From Rickettsiales bacterium (GTDB taxonomy: Bacteria; Pseudomonadota; Alphaproteobacteria; Rickettsiales; JAIXRX01), in contig CBDFGH010000008.1 in assembly GCA_965247145.1 (NCBI GenBank), positions 32,345-96,344 of the forward strand: a stretch of 64,000 nt of DNA, read 5' to 3'. Both the position numbers and the translations under genes were made by a program. Numbering within the stretch: the first letter of the stretch is position 1; each line of letters starts with the position of its first letter. Below are positions 30,715 through 43,100 of this stretch, in pieces. The notes under the pieces are model-generated. The model did no database searches and was not told the DNA's origin. It saw nothing but the letters and a program-made list of their open reading frames with translations.

Positions 30715-31968
30715 TCAGTCTGACAGCTTCCGATATACGCCGAGCATTTCCTCGTAGCTCTGGCGTGGCCGTGTAAGGTGCGCATCCGCCCCATCCACCA
30801 CCACTTCCGCCGCAATCGGGCGGGCGTTGTAGCTGCTGCCCATGCTGGAGCCGTAAGCCCCCGCCGAGCGGATGACGACCAGATCGCCCGCTTGCAGCGG
30901 CGCGATGGCGCGATCCTTGGCGAAGACGTCGCTGCTTTCGCAGACGGGCCCGACGATATCGGCGGGTTCCAACGCCGCATCGGAAGCCACCACCGGCACG
31001 ATCTCGTGATACGCATCATACATCGCCGGGCGCATGAGGTCGTTCATCCCCGCATCCAGCACCACATAGCGGCGGCCTTCTTCTTCCTTGATGTAGAGCA
31101 CGCGCGAGAGCAGCACGCCCGCATTCCCCGCAATCATCCGCCCGGGTTCGAGCACCAGCAGGCAGCCCAGCGGCTCGACCGCCGCGCGTGCCAGCGCCGC
31201 GTAATCCTCCGGCGAAAGCGTGGGCTGATCCGGCGTGTAGGGAATGCCCAAGCCGCCCCCGAGATCGACCACTTCGATGGTATGTCCCGCCGCGCGCAAG
31301 GCGATCACAAACTCCGCCACCCGCGTGAAGGCGGCGGCGAAAGGCGCGGCGCTGGTCAGTTGCGAACCGATATGCACGGAGACGCCTTGCACGCGGATAC
31401 CGGGCAAGCGGGCCGCCAGATCGTATACCGCTCCGGCGCGGGCGATGGCGATGCCGAACTTGCTTTCTTTCTGCCCGGTCGCAATCTTCGCATGCGTGCC
31501 CGCATCCACATCCGGGTTCACCCGCAGGGCGATGGGAGCGATTTTGCCCAGTCCGCTCGCCACTGCGGAAAGCGCGCGCAGCTCCGGCTCGGATTCGAGA
31601 TTGAACTGGAAGATGCCTTCGCCCAGCGCATAGGCCATTTCCTCACGCGTTTTTCCTACGCCGGAAAACACGATGCGGTCTGCTGGAATACCCGCCGCAC
31701 GGCTCAGGCGGATTTCGCCCGCACTCACCACGTCCGCCCCTGCCCCGGCACGCCCCAATACCTGCAGCACGCCCAGATTGCCATTGGCCTTTACTGCATA
31801 ACACAAACGGTGCGGCAGGCCTTCGAAGCGCGCCGAAAGCACGCTGAGATGGCGGCGCAAAGTGGCGGCGGAATACACGTAAGTCGGCGTGCCGTGAGTG
31901 TCAGCGATGTCGGCCAGCGCCACTTCTTCGGCATGCAATACGCCCCCGCGATACAGAAAATGATCCAT
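30715..31968 (-). CDS. lysA: Diaminopimelate decarboxylase
   Basis: YAVKAN, HIGSQ, DLGGGLG, EPGR, GPVCESSD, GAYG. Confidence 0.98.
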   Translation of the reverse strand: MDHFLYRGGVLHAEEVALADIADTHGTPTYVYSAATLRRHLSVLSARFEGLPHRLCYAVKANGNLGVLQVLGRAGAGADVVSAGEIRLSRAAGIPADRIVFSGVGKTREEMAYALGEGIFQFNLESEPELRALSAVASGLGKIAPIALRVNPDVDAGTHAKIATGQKESKFGIAIARAGAVYDLAARLPGIRVQGVSVHIGSQLTSAAPFAAAFTRVAEFVIALRAAGHTIEVVDLGGGLGIPYTPDQPTLSPEDYAALARAAVEPLGCLLVLEPGRMIAGNAGVLLSRVLYIKEEEGRRYVVLDAGMNDLMRPAMYDAYHEIVPVVASDAALEPADIVGPVCESSDVFAKDRAIAPLQAGDLVVIRSAGAYGSSMGSSYNARPIAAEVVVDGADAHLTRPRQSYEEMLGVYRKLSD

Positions 31969-32166
31969 CTAGGGAGTCCGCACATTGCCGGTCATCGAAT
32001 CCATCATCCGGTCCTGATCGGAAACCGCCCGCGTCGTCGGCACCATGGAAACGGGTTGGGCGACGGTATGTTTTTCGCCGCGCTTGGTACCTTCCAGACG
32101 CAACGGGCGCTTCACGCCGCAGGCGGCGAGCATCGCGCACAATGCGAAGAGAGCAATTATGCGCAT
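31969..32166 (-). CDS. Small lipoprotein (LptM/YifL-like)
   Basis: Lipobox LAAC followed by GVKRPL; sits between argH and lysA, the usual position. Confidence 0.8.
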   Translation of the reverse strand: MRIIALFALCAMLAACGVKRPLRLEGTKRGEKHTVAQPVSMVPTTRAVSDQDRMMDSMTGNVRTP

Positions 32167-32167
32167 G

Positions 32168-33550
<1,383 letters not shown>

Positions 33551-33632
33551 GGGATTGGCCGCACCCGCTGGCGCAGCTGTGCCCGCCGTGCTAGGACGAA
33601 CGCCAACTTTTTGCGTCAAGGGAGACGATGCC

Positions 33633-34289
33633 ATGCCCACTCCTGAAGATGATACGATACTCGGGAATTCCAGCGTTTCCGATACACGCAAACCCCGCCA
33701 TCTGGCAAGCATACTCGCGGTTGGGGCCGTGGTCTTCGGGGCGCTGATCGCCGGATTGATGCTGCCTATGCCGGGCAAACAGGCACCGCTTCCCGCCATG
33801 CCCGCAGCGGACGAAACCGCTTTGGAAGACCCCGCGCAACTGGGCGAAAGCCTGGCTCGCCAAGCGGCGGCCAATCTGCCGGACTTGGAATTTCACACGC
33901 TCGACGGGCAGAAAGTGACTTTGGGCTCGCTGGTAGGCCACCCCGTATTGCTCAATTTCTGGGCCAGCTGGTGTACGCCCTGCGTGAAGGAAATGCCCGA
34001 ACTGAACGCCCTGGCCGCCCGCCACGGCACGCGCGGCCTGCGCGTCGTCGTCGCCTCCCTCAACGCCACCCCGGCGGAAGCGAAGGCATGGCTGGTGAAA
34101 CACAAGCTGAACGCCGTGCTTCCGGTGATGGACCCCGGCGGTGCGCAATTGATGAAAATGGGCCAGGCCGGACTGCCCACCACTTTACTGATCCGCGAGG
34201 ATGGCAGCCTGATGGAACGCATCGACGGCATCCGCCAATGGGACGCGACGGAGATGAAAGCGAAGCTGGAAAAACTGATGGCGAAGTAG
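33633..34289 (+). CDS. TlpA-family thiol-disulfide oxidoreductase
   Basis: GGGAGA RBS, N-terminal [23 protein letters not shown]. Confidence 0.92.
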   Translation: MPTPEDDTILGNSSVSDTRKPRHLASILAVGAVVFGALIAGLMLPMPGKQAPLPAMPAADETALEDPAQLGESLARQAAANLPDLEFHTLDGQKVTLGSLVGHPVLLNFWASWCTPCVKEMPELNALAARHGTRGLRVVVASLNATPAEAKAWLVKHKLNAVLPVMDPGGAQLMKMGQAGLPTTLLIREDGSLMERIDGIRQWDATEMKAKLEKLMAK

Positions 34290-34291
34290 TG

Positions 34292-35119
34292 CTACCAGAC
34301 GAAAGCAGGCAGCACATATTCCGGGCGCGCCCGCTGCTGGGTGAACAAAGTCTCCAGTGCCACACCCGCCTCCATCTCCCGCTTCAGAATCCCGCCTGTG
34401 ATCAGCGCACTGGCGATGCCTGCCGCATTTGCGCCCGCAATGTCCGTATGCAGCGAATCGCCCACGGCCAGGATGCGGTCTTTGGGGATGCCCGCGAAAT
34501 GCTCGAACACCGCATCATACACCACCTTGTGCGGCTTGCCGATATAGGTGATTTTGCCGCCCAGTTCTTCATAGCGCCGCGCCAGGTGCCCGGCGCAATA
34601 GATCACGCTCCCGTCCTGGCGCACCACTTCGTAATCCGGGTTGATGCAGAGCATGGGCAGGTTGCGGGCGGCGCATTTTTTCAGGCGCGTTTCCTGATCC
34701 TGCGGCGGCTGAAACAGGTAATCGTAGCCCGCACAAAAGATGAAATCCGCTTGGTCGGGATGTGCCACGCGCTCAAGCGACAGGCCTTGCAGCACCGGCA
34801 GATCCGCTTCCAGCCCGATGAACACGCAACGGTCGCCCAGATACGCGCCCTGCCCGCTGGCGATCCAATGGTGCGCTACCTCGCCGCTGGTGATCACGCG
34901 CTCGAACTGCGCGGCGGGCACGCCGAAGCGCTTCAATCCCTGCTCCGCCACCACCGCCCGGCGCGGTGCGTTCGACAGGAACACCACATGCTTGCCCGCC
35001 GCATGCAGCTCGGCAAGGCACGCGGCGGCGGAAGGATACATCTCCACCCCGTCATGAATCACGCCCCAGAGATCGAGGATGAAGGCGTCGTAATTGGCTG
35101 CGATATCAAAGAGGCGCAT
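34292..35119 (-). CDS. HAD-IIA hydrolase (TIGR01459-like)
   Basis: DLWGVIHDG, LSNAPR, NPD, GKPH, GDSLHTDIAGA. Confidence 0.93.
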   Translation of the reverse strand: MRLFDIAANYDAFILDLWGVIHDGVEMYPSAAACLAELHAAGKHVVFLSNAPRRAVVAEQGLKRFGVPAAQFERVITSGEVAHHWIASGQGAYLGDRCVFIGLEADLPVLQGLSLERVAHPDQADFIFCAGYDYLFQPPQDQETRLKKCAARNLPMLCINPDYEVVRQDGSVIYCAGHLARRYEELGGKITYIGKPHKVVYDAVFEHFAGIPKDRILAVGDSLHTDIAGANAAGIASALITGGILKREMEAGVALETLFTQQRARPEYVLPAFVW

Positions 35120-35516
35120 GCTGATTTAATCGCCGGAGCGCAAAGAGGTTGGTAAGCAGTAAAATCAATGCCGAAAGGATGGGTATAGGTGTCAATAGAA
35201 CGCCAAATCCGCGTGCTATAACATGGTTGTCGGCACCACCTGGGCCGCTAAAGCTGAAATTGTGCGCATCTGGTAGATTCCAATAGATCCATGCCGTAAT
35301 AAGCGAAACGAGAAGCCGCCATGGAAATCGGCTTTTCTTATAGTCCACTACAACGGAGGTGAGCATGCAAAGGGCAAAGACGATACAGAGGTAAATGTGC
35401 AATGAACTGTAGAAGTTGTCCAAAGCACCATCATTGTCTGGATTTGCTCCAACGGTTCCAGCGGGAACATAGAATGAAGCAGCGATGAGAGATAGCGCTA
35501 CCCAATTTTTTTGCAC
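35106..35516 (-). CDS. AT-rich hypothetical membrane protein
   Basis: GTG overlaps the lysS TAG; signal-like N-terminus and about three hydrophobic helices; stop overlaps the HAD start. Confidence 0.65.
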   Translation of the reverse strand: MQKNWVALSLIAASFYVPAGTVGANPDNDGALDNFYSSLHIYLCIVFALCMLTSVVVDYKKSRFPWRLLVSLITAWIYWNLPDAHNFSFSGPGGADNHVIARGFGVLLTPIPILSALILLLTNLFALRRLNQHAPL

Positions 35517-37105
35517 TACGCCGCCTCCCGCACCAATGCGCGGTCGATCATTTCCGCCGTTTCCGCTTTGCCATACAGCGCGATGAACCCGCCCATGCGC
35601 GGGCCGGTGGGTTGACCGAGGAGGGTTTCGTAAAGACAGCCGAACCATTCGCGCAAATTCTCGAAACCATGCGCTTTGCCGATGGCGAAGATTTCATTCT
35701 GCAGCGCATCCGCCTCCGCATCCGCCGTGTTGGTCAGGTAATCGTGCAGCGCGCTCAGCGCCGCACGCTCGCCCTCGGTGGGAGCGCGGTAGAGTTTGGT
35801 GGGCTTCACGAAATCATGGTAATAGCGCACCGCAAAATCGGCCAGTTTGTTCAGCTGCGGGAATTTCTCCGGCGTCGCGCCCGGCACATAACGCGCGATG
35901 AAACCCCACAGCACTTTCGCGTCTTCCGGGTTGCAGGCGCTGGCGAGGTTGAGCAGCAGATTGAAGGTCAGGCCATGACCTTCCGGCGCGGGCGGGTTGC
36001 CCTGGTGAATATGCCAGACGGGGTTGTCGAGCTGTGCCGCAGGCTCTTGCGTCGCGTATTTCCCAAGCCAGGTCAGATAATCATCTACCTGCTGCGGGAT
36101 CACGTCGAAATAAAGCTTCTTCGCCTTGCGCGGCGCGTGGAACATGTACAGCGACAGGCTCTCCTCGGTCGCATAGGTCAACCATTCGTCGATGGTGATG
36201 CCGTTGCCTTTGGATTTGGAAATCTTCTGGCCCAGCTCGTCGAGGAACAATTCGTAGTTGAACTGATTCGGCGGATTGCCGCCGAGAATTTTGCAGATGG
36301 CGGAATAGAGATTGGCCGAGGAGAGATGGTCTTTGCCATACATCTCGTAATCCACACCCAGCGCCGCCCAGCGCATGCCCATATCCGGCTTCCATTGCAG
36401 CTTGCAATGCCCGCCGGTGACCGGCAGCGTCAGCTCTTCGCCGTCCTCGTCGTCGAAGGTAATTGTGCCCGCTTCGGCATCCACCGCCTTCAGCGGCACA
36501 TACAGCACGCGCCCGGTTTTCGGCGAAATGGGAAGAAAGGGCGAATAGGTCGCCTGGCGTTCTTCGCCAAGAGTCGGCAGCATGACTTTCATGATCTGAT
36601 CGACGCGCTTGAGCCCCAGGCGCAACGCGTCATCATACACGCCCTGCTTGTAGAGCTCGGTCGCGCTGTGGAATTCGTAATCGAACCCGAAGCGATCGAG
36701 GAAGGTACGCAGGCGGGCATTCATATGTGCGCCGTAGCTCTCATGCGTGCCGAAGGGATCGGGCACCTGCGTCAGCGGCTTGCCGAGATGTTCGGCGAGC
36801 ATCGCCTGCTGCGGTAGATTTTCCGGCACTTTGCGCATGCCGTCCATATCGTCCGAGATGCAGAACAATTTGGTGGGAATGTCGCTCAAAGCCTCGAAGG
36901 CGCGGCGCACCATGGTGGTGCGCGCCACTTCGCCGAAGGTGCCGATATGCGGCAGGCCGGAGGGGCCGTAGCCGGTCTCGAACAGCACATAGCCCTTCTC
37001 GGGCACCTTGCCGCCCAGGCGCTCCACCAGCTTGCGCGCCTCCTCGAAAGGCCAGCTTTTGGCGGTAGCAGCAGCGGCTCTGAAATCTTTCAATGCGTTA
37101 GTCAT
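35516..37105 (-). CDS. lysS: Lysine--tRNA ligase, class I
   Basis: [17 protein letters not shown] (HIGH-like), [22 protein letters not shown]. Confidence 0.97.
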   Translation of the reverse strand: MTNALKDFRAAAATAKSWPFEEARKLVERLGGKVPEKGYVLFETGYGPSGLPHIGTFGEVARTTMVRRAFEALSDIPTKLFCISDDMDGMRKVPENLPQQAMLAEHLGKPLTQVPDPFGTHESYGAHMNARLRTFLDRFGFDYEFHSATELYKQGVYDDALRLGLKRVDQIMKVMLPTLGEERQATYSPFLPISPKTGRVLYVPLKAVDAEAGTITFDDEDGEELTLPVTGGHCKLQWKPDMGMRWAALGVDYEMYGKDHLSSANLYSAICKILGGNPPNQFNYELFLDELGQKISKSKGNGITIDEWLTYATEESLSLYMFHAPRKAKKLYFDVIPQQVDDYLTWLGKYATQEPAAQLDNPVWHIHQGNPPAPEGHGLTFNLLLNLASACNPEDAKVLWGFIARYVPGATPEKFPQLNKLADFAVRYYHDFVKPTKLYRAPTEGERAALSALHDYLTNTADAEADALQNEIFAIGKAHGFENLREWFGCLYETLLGQPTGPRMGGFIALYGKAETAEMIDRALVREAA

Positions 37106-37202
37106 GGGTACGATCTTTGCGAAACTGTAACAATGCGGTGTTAGGTTACTAGCAGCCCCCCCAGCAAAAACCAAGCGCGCTGCGCGTTTGGCAGGTATGT
37201 GC

Positions 37203-38837
37203 ATGACGAACGATTCTCCGCTCCGCCCCGCCTCGCGCCGTCCTTCCACGGCGGCACGGCTTGCCTTTGCCGGCGGCAGCTTGATCGCGCTGGGTGGACT
37301 GATGGAACATAGAAGCGCCTCCGTTCTGCCGCGCATCGCCGAACCGATAACCCTGTTCACGGACGCCCAGCGCGCTGCGGTGCTGCAGCCGCTGACCATG
37401 CCCAAGCATCATGCAACCAAGCCGCATATTTCCTCCCCGCAATATACGCATTGGAAAGACGACCCTGTCAACGCCGTCGCCACCCCGCCCGAGGAAGGCG
37501 AATGGACGCTGCTGGATTCGTTGTATGATACCAAAACCGTCATGCGTCTGGGCCAACCCGTGCATTCCGATTCGCTGGGCGGACGCGACAGGCCCATGCT
37601 GCTTTCCTGGTTGCCCGATCGCTTCCCGGCCGACAGCGTGCGCGTCAATGCACTGAAAGGCACGTTGCACGTCAAAGACCGGCTGGTGCTTATCTGGCCG
37701 GTGGATAAGAAATGGAAGCGTCAGGAAGGACCGTATATCTATGGCGCGCCCTCTCAAATCAATGTGACCGAAAGCGGCGACACGCTTTCGGATATGCCTG
37801 AACGCCAAACGGTTCTACCGCTTTCCACCAGCGCACATTTCAACCATCCCTTCGGCGAGCGGTTCCTTTATCAACCCGGCAATCTGCATCTGCTGCTGGC
37901 CCATGCCCCACCACCGAAAGACGGCGCATTTTACGATATGAGCAAGCTGCCGCTGCGCACGCCGCAGAAGCAGAATCCGGCGAAGATCACCTTTGCGGAC
38001 ATAGCGCAGAAATACAGGATATGTCGCGAGATGCTGCACAATATCGCGCATTGGGCGCCGCGCGCACAGGATAAGGACTACAAGTCTGAAAACAACTTAT
38101 TTCCGCTAATGACTTTCTGGAAAGAAAGCCGCGAAAACTGTTTACCACCGCTCGATCCGACTATCATCAACCCATATGGCTACGGCGGCCTGCCGCAATT
38201 CGGCCTTTCCAACGGCACCGATCTCGGGGTGCAGAAGCGCAACAGTCTGGTTGCCCTGCGCAGCATCCACATCGTGAACGAAAAACGCGAATGGCGGCCT
38301 TTGAAGATCGACGGCCAGACCCTGCGCGGCCCGGAGGATCTTCTGCGCAACTGGAAGGCACAGATGGTGTGCTACTATACTTTTCTCGGCAGTATCCAAG
38401 AGCGTATGCAAGACGATTTTGCCGCCAATCGTCACCGCCCGCACATGAAGGGTGTCACATTGTTCGGCGTCTGCATGGGAGCATATCTCACGGGCGACGC
38501 ATCGGCGGTCGGCTTCATGCGCCGGGGCGCAAGCAAGCAGGATGCGAACCACACAGGTACGGGAGATTACATTCGGCATTTCAGCGAATTGCCAATGGAA
38601 GCTTTCCGTATACCCAACATAGGACTAGACGCGCAGACGACCGAGTTGGTCACTTCGAATTTCGCCCATACCGATCAGACGGAAATCACGCCGCAGGATA
38701 TGGGCGAGCTGGCGCGCCGCGCGCTGAAGCCGATGGCACCGGATAAGACCATCAATCTGAACAGTCACGCCGAACGCATGATGCGCATGGCGATTGCCAC
38801 GAATCAGGCGTCGATAGACACCAGCAAGCGGCGCTAG
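37203..38837 (+). CDS. Hypothetical protein with putative lysozyme-like C-terminal domain
   Basis: N-terminal hydrophobic stretch; KES...[13 protein letters not shown]...[10 protein letters not shown]...GAYLTG...DANHT..DYIRHF pattern. Confidence 0.7.
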   Translation: MTNDSPLRPASRRPSTAARLAFAGGSLIALGGLMEHRSASVLPRIAEPITLFTDAQRAAVLQPLTMPKHHATKPHISSPQYTHWKDDPVNAVATPPEEGEWTLLDSLYDTKTVMRLGQPVHSDSLGGRDRPMLLSWLPDRFPADSVRVNALKGTLHVKDRLVLIWPVDKKWKRQEGPYIYGAPSQINVTESGDTLSDMPERQTVLPLSTSAHFNHPFGERFLYQPGNLHLLLAHAPPPKDGAFYDMSKLPLRTPQKQNPAKITFADIAQKYRICREMLHNIAHWAPRAQDKDYKSENNLFPLMTFWKESRENCLPPLDPTIINPYGYGGLPQFGLSNGTDLGVQKRNSLVALRSIHIVNEKREWRPLKIDGQTLRGPEDLLRNWKAQMVCYYTFLGSIQERMQDDFAANRHRPHMKGVTLFGVCMGAYLTGDASAVGFMRRGASKQDANHTGTGDYIRHFSELPMEAFRIPNIGLDAQTTELVTSNFAHTDQTEITPQDMGELARRALKPMAPDKTINLNSHAERMMRMAIATNQASIDTSKRR

Positions 38838-38893
38838 GCCGCCGCCTTCCGATCGGCTATACCAATCCAAATCAGCATTACCGGGAGAGTCCC

Positions 38894-40123
38894 ATGCTGG
38901 GGAAAGTTTGGGCGGGGGCGATGCTGGTGGCGTTTGCCATGATTGCAGCACAAGTCGCCTTCGGGGATTGGGACGCGCCGCAGCGCATGGTCGGTGCGCT
39001 GTTCGACCAGGCTGCCGCTTCCGTCACCATCAGCCTGGGGCTGGCGGGTACGCTGGCTTTCTGGATGGGGCTATTCGCGCTGGCGGAAGCCTCCGGCTTG
39101 GCAGCGGGCCTGGGCCGTTTGCTCACTCCGCTGTTGCGCCGCTTGATGCCGGAATTGCCCGAAGGCCACGCCGCCTTCGGGCCCATCGCGCTCAATATCG
39201 CAGCCAATATGCTGGGGCTCGACAATGCCGCCACCCCTGCCGGGCTCAAGGCGATGCAGGCCATGCAGCAAACCAACCCCACACCGGACCGCTTAAGCGA
39301 CGCGCAGGCGATGTTTCTGGTGCTGAATGCGGGTTCGATCACGCTGCTGCCCGTCTCGGTGCTGATGTACCGCGCCCAGGCGGGCAGCCACGATTCCGCC
39401 ATTGTCTTCCTGCCCCTACTGCTGGTGAGCCTGGGCGCGAGCCTCATCGGCATCGCCGCGGCCTTGGCCTGTCAGAAGCGCAACCTGCTGCGCGAGCCGC
39501 TGTTGCTGAGCGTTTTCGCGGTGCTGACCATCTCGGTCGTCGGCCTCGGCCTATGGGCCGGGCATGCCCCGGCGGAAACGGTGCGCCACGCCTCCTCCCT
39601 CATCGGGAACGGATCGCTGCTGGCGGCGGTGGCGGGGCTGCTCGTCGTCGCATGGATGCGCAAGGTGGAAATCCTGCCGGTTTTCGTGGATGGCGCGCGC
39701 GAAGGCATCGTGCTGACTCTGCGCATTCTGCCCTACCTTTTGGCCATGCTGGCGGCGGTGGGCGCATTGCGCGCGGCGGGGTTGATGGACGCATTGACTG
39801 CCGCCATCGGCTGGTTGGCGGCGCAGGTGGGGATGGACACCGCGTTCGTGCCCGCTTTACCCACCGGCATCCTCAAAACCTTCAGCGGCAGCGCCGCACG
39901 CGCATTGATGCTCGACACGTTCCAGGCGCATGGGGTGGATAGCTTCGTGGGCCGCCTCGCCTCGTTGTTCCAAGGCGCGTCCGAAACCACCTTCTATGTG
40001 CTCAGCGTCTATGCTGGCAGCGTCGGCATCACTCGCGTGCGCTGGGCGCTGGGCTGCGCGCTGGTTTCGGATGTTGCCAGCTTGGTGCTGGCCGTGGCGT
40101 TGGGATATGCCTTCTTCGCCTAG
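38894..40123 (+). CDS. Fused SpmA/SpmB nucleoside-recognition (Gate) membrane protein
   Basis: NIAANMLGLDNAATPAGLKAM, FVDGAREG, SGSAARA, SETTFYV. Confidence 0.92.
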   Translation: MLGKVWAGAMLVAFAMIAAQVAFGDWDAPQRMVGALFDQAAASVTISLGLAGTLAFWMGLFALAEASGLAAGLGRLLTPLLRRLMPELPEGHAAFGPIALNIAANMLGLDNAATPAGLKAMQAMQQTNPTPDRLSDAQAMFLVLNAGSITLLPVSVLMYRAQAGSHDSAIVFLPLLLVSLGASLIGIAAALACQKRNLLREPLLLSVFAVLTISVVGLGLWAGHAPAETVRHASSLIGNGSLLAAVAGLLVVAWMRKVEILPVFVDGAREGIVLTLRILPYLLAMLAAVGALRAAGLMDALTAAIGWLAAQVGMDTAFVPALPTGILKTFSGSAARALMLDTFQAHGVDSFVGRLASLFQGASETTFYVLSVYAGSVGITRVRWALGCALVSDVASLVLAVALGYAFFA

Positions 40124-40125
40124 AC

Positions 40126-40177
40126 CCGCGTCATTCCCCGAATTCTTGCTCAGCAAAATGATAGGGCAATGACGCGG
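40126..40177. repeat. Half copy of the GTCATTCCCCGAATT element forming a hairpin
   Basis: CCGCGTCATTCCCCGAATT...GGGCAATGACGCGG between convergent genes. Confidence 0.75.
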
Positions 40178-43100
40178 CTATTTCACCGCCTCGCTCAATC
40201 CCTCTTCCTTCACTTGGCTGCGGTAGCGGCTGAGGAAGCTTTGCATCTGCGTGATCGTCTGCGCCATTTGCGCGATGCTTTGCGGGGTCACCGGCGTGTC
40301 GGAGGTCAGGAAGGCGAAGAGGTCTTTGTGTGGATTCTCTTTCACCAGGGGGCCGAAATAATCGCGTAGATAATGCAACTGGTCGGTGTCTTTCTCGAAA
40401 CTATAGGCCAGCGCGAGCTTCAGCAGCGCCCCCATCTCGGGTTCGGTCAATGCTTTGGTCGGGTCGGGTCGTTGGGAAAGAATGCCTTCGGCCACCGCGC
40501 CGACGTTTTTCCAGTCCCCGATGTCCCAGGCGATATCGAGCTTCAGCAGATTGGCATCCAGACTGCCATCGTCTTCCAGAAGCTTTACCGCGCGGGCGCC
40601 CTCTTTCAAATCAGCCAGGGCGCGCGCGGTAAGCAGGTCGCGTTTCTGCTGCAGTTCCACCGAATTGCCGCCGAAACCGGTGCGCTCCATCACATCCAAA
40701 GCCTGCTGCGGCTTGCGGTCGAGCAGGTAGATCAAGGCCAGCCGCGCGCCCACCCGGCTGCGCTCCTCGCCCTGCAGGCGGAACTGCACCTGATGATCGA
40801 GCAACGCCGCAGCGCGGTCGAGCAGATCCACTTCGGCCAGGCGGTCGGCGAGGTTGCGGATCATCAGATCGCCCTCGGCTTCCACCGGCGTCAGGTCTTT
40901 GAATTCATAATACAGCGTCAGCGCATCCAGCGGTTTCATCGTTTTCGCACCATCGCCGTTGAACAGCATCACGAAGGTTTCGGCCATGCTCTGCGCGGCT
41001 TTGAAGGCGTCCTCGGTGTTGGGATAGGCGGTGGTGATTTCCTTGAGCGTGCGCAGACCATCGCGGTATTTTCCGGTTCGGATCTGCATCTCGCCCAGTT
41101 GCTTCAGTACCTGCAATTCCAGCGGATCGTCGCGCCACAATATGCGCAGCGCATCCAGTTGCGGCATCGCCTCTTCCTCGGTGATTTTCTTCTGCGCGAG
41201 ATTGAGATTGATGCGCGCAAAATTCGCGCGTGCCCGCCAGTAACGGTCGTCCACATCTTCGTTTAAATTCTTCCAGAGTTTCTCCGCTTTGTCCGGGTAG
41301 CCCGTGCGCGCGAGAATTTCGCCCGTGAAGAAATCCATCGCATGCGCGGTCGGCGCGTCATCCCGGTCCAGCCCATCTTTCTTCATGCCATCCAGCGCAA
41401 CCAGGGCTTCGTTGTAACGGTTGCGCGCTACCAGCCGATCGATGGTGACGACACCAATGCGGCGGCGGACTTCTTTGGGATATTGCCGCAGATAGCGCGC
41501 ATTGAAGCGCGGGTAATCGATCAATTCGTCCGACTGCCCGGTCAGCTCGGCGAGGAGGGTGCGCCAGGCGTCCATTTCCTCGTTACCCTGCAGTTCGGGT
41601 GTGCCGAAATCGCGCGCCACTTCCGGCATGCGCCCCATCAGGAAATTGGCCAACCCCGCATAGGCCGAGGCACGCTCGCGGATATAGCCGTCGAGGTTCG
41701 CGTCACGCAAAGTACTGAGCATTCCGAGTGCTTCCGCGCTTAAACCTTCGGCCAGATAAGCCTGCGCCAGCCGCAGCCGGGCCGCATCCGCCAGTGCGCC
41801 GGGATTCAGCAGCAGCGGGAACAGATCCTGTTCCATCGAGCGCAGGGTCTGGCCGTGTTCCGCGGCCATTTCTTCGCGCGCAAACAGGCTGCTATGCGCG
41901 GTTTCCGCCGTCTCTTCCTTGCCCGCAGGTACGCTGGGCAGGCCGGGGCTGAGGCGCAGACCTGCCTCCGCGCTCAGGCGCAATCCGTTGCGCTGCGTCA
42001 CCACGCCGATATCCGGCCCGTGGCTGGCAATCACCACGCCTTGCGCGCTGGGCAGCAGTTCCATCTCCACATAATCGCGACCAGGCGCGATGCCCTGCCC
42101 CGCCGCATAACTCGGTGCGATGCGCAGCACATCCCCCACCACCGGGTCGGTCACATCCACGGGCGGCGAAGTCTCCAACGCATTCACCAGCAGATACGGC
42201 TTGAGCGGCGTGTCGGTTTTCGGTTGCACGATCAATGGTTCACTGGGCAGGCCGAGGCGCGGACTGAGCACCGCGTCCCATCCCTGCCCTTCCGGCGCGC
42301 GCTGCAACCGCACGCCTTTCAGCCCCAGGGTGGAAAGACGCAGAACGATCGCGGAAGGATGGGCCAGCTGTTCGAGACCACGAACCAATGTTGCATCTTT
42401 GATCGAGTCCACATTCAACGCCGCCGGCCGGTCGAACACCAGCCACAGCGCATCGCCCCGTGCAAAAGCGGCAGCGGCAGTGCGTTCCACGAAGGGGAAA
42501 CGCAGCACCACCTGATCCTCCGCCGCCTGGGTCTGTATGGCCAACGCAGGCGCCGTGCTGCGCTGCAGAACGATGCGCTGCGGCTGGGTGGTCGGCGCCG
42601 ATACGGGTACGGCCCCGAGGATCGGTTTGTTTTCCTGTGGCACGGGCACGGCGGCGGGCTTGGGTACGGCTGAAACCGACGCTGCTTCCTGTGCCGGTGG
42701 GGGAGGCGATAAGGGTTCTTGTGGCTCCGTTGCGCGTGGCGGCGGAACGATTGCCGCTTCGGGTGCTACAATATCCGGCTTTGGCGCGTCCGGCTTTGGC
42801 GCGTCAGGCTTCGCCGCAGAAGCGGCCGAAACGGGGATCGCTGGAATGGAGGTGACCGGAGGAGGCGCAGCAGCCGCCTGCTTTTCCTCCGTCACCGCCA
42901 CCTTCGGCACCGGTGCCGCCGTCGCTTTGGGTACCGGTGTGGAAGGCGGCGCGGTGATGATACGGGCCTTGGACGGAATCGACGGAACGGGTGGCTTGGG
43001 CTCCGCCGCTTTGGCGACCGCTTTCTTTACTGCAGGAGGCTTGGAGGCAGGTGCTGGTTTCTTCGCCGCCGTTTTCGCTTCGGACGTTTTGGTTTCCAGC

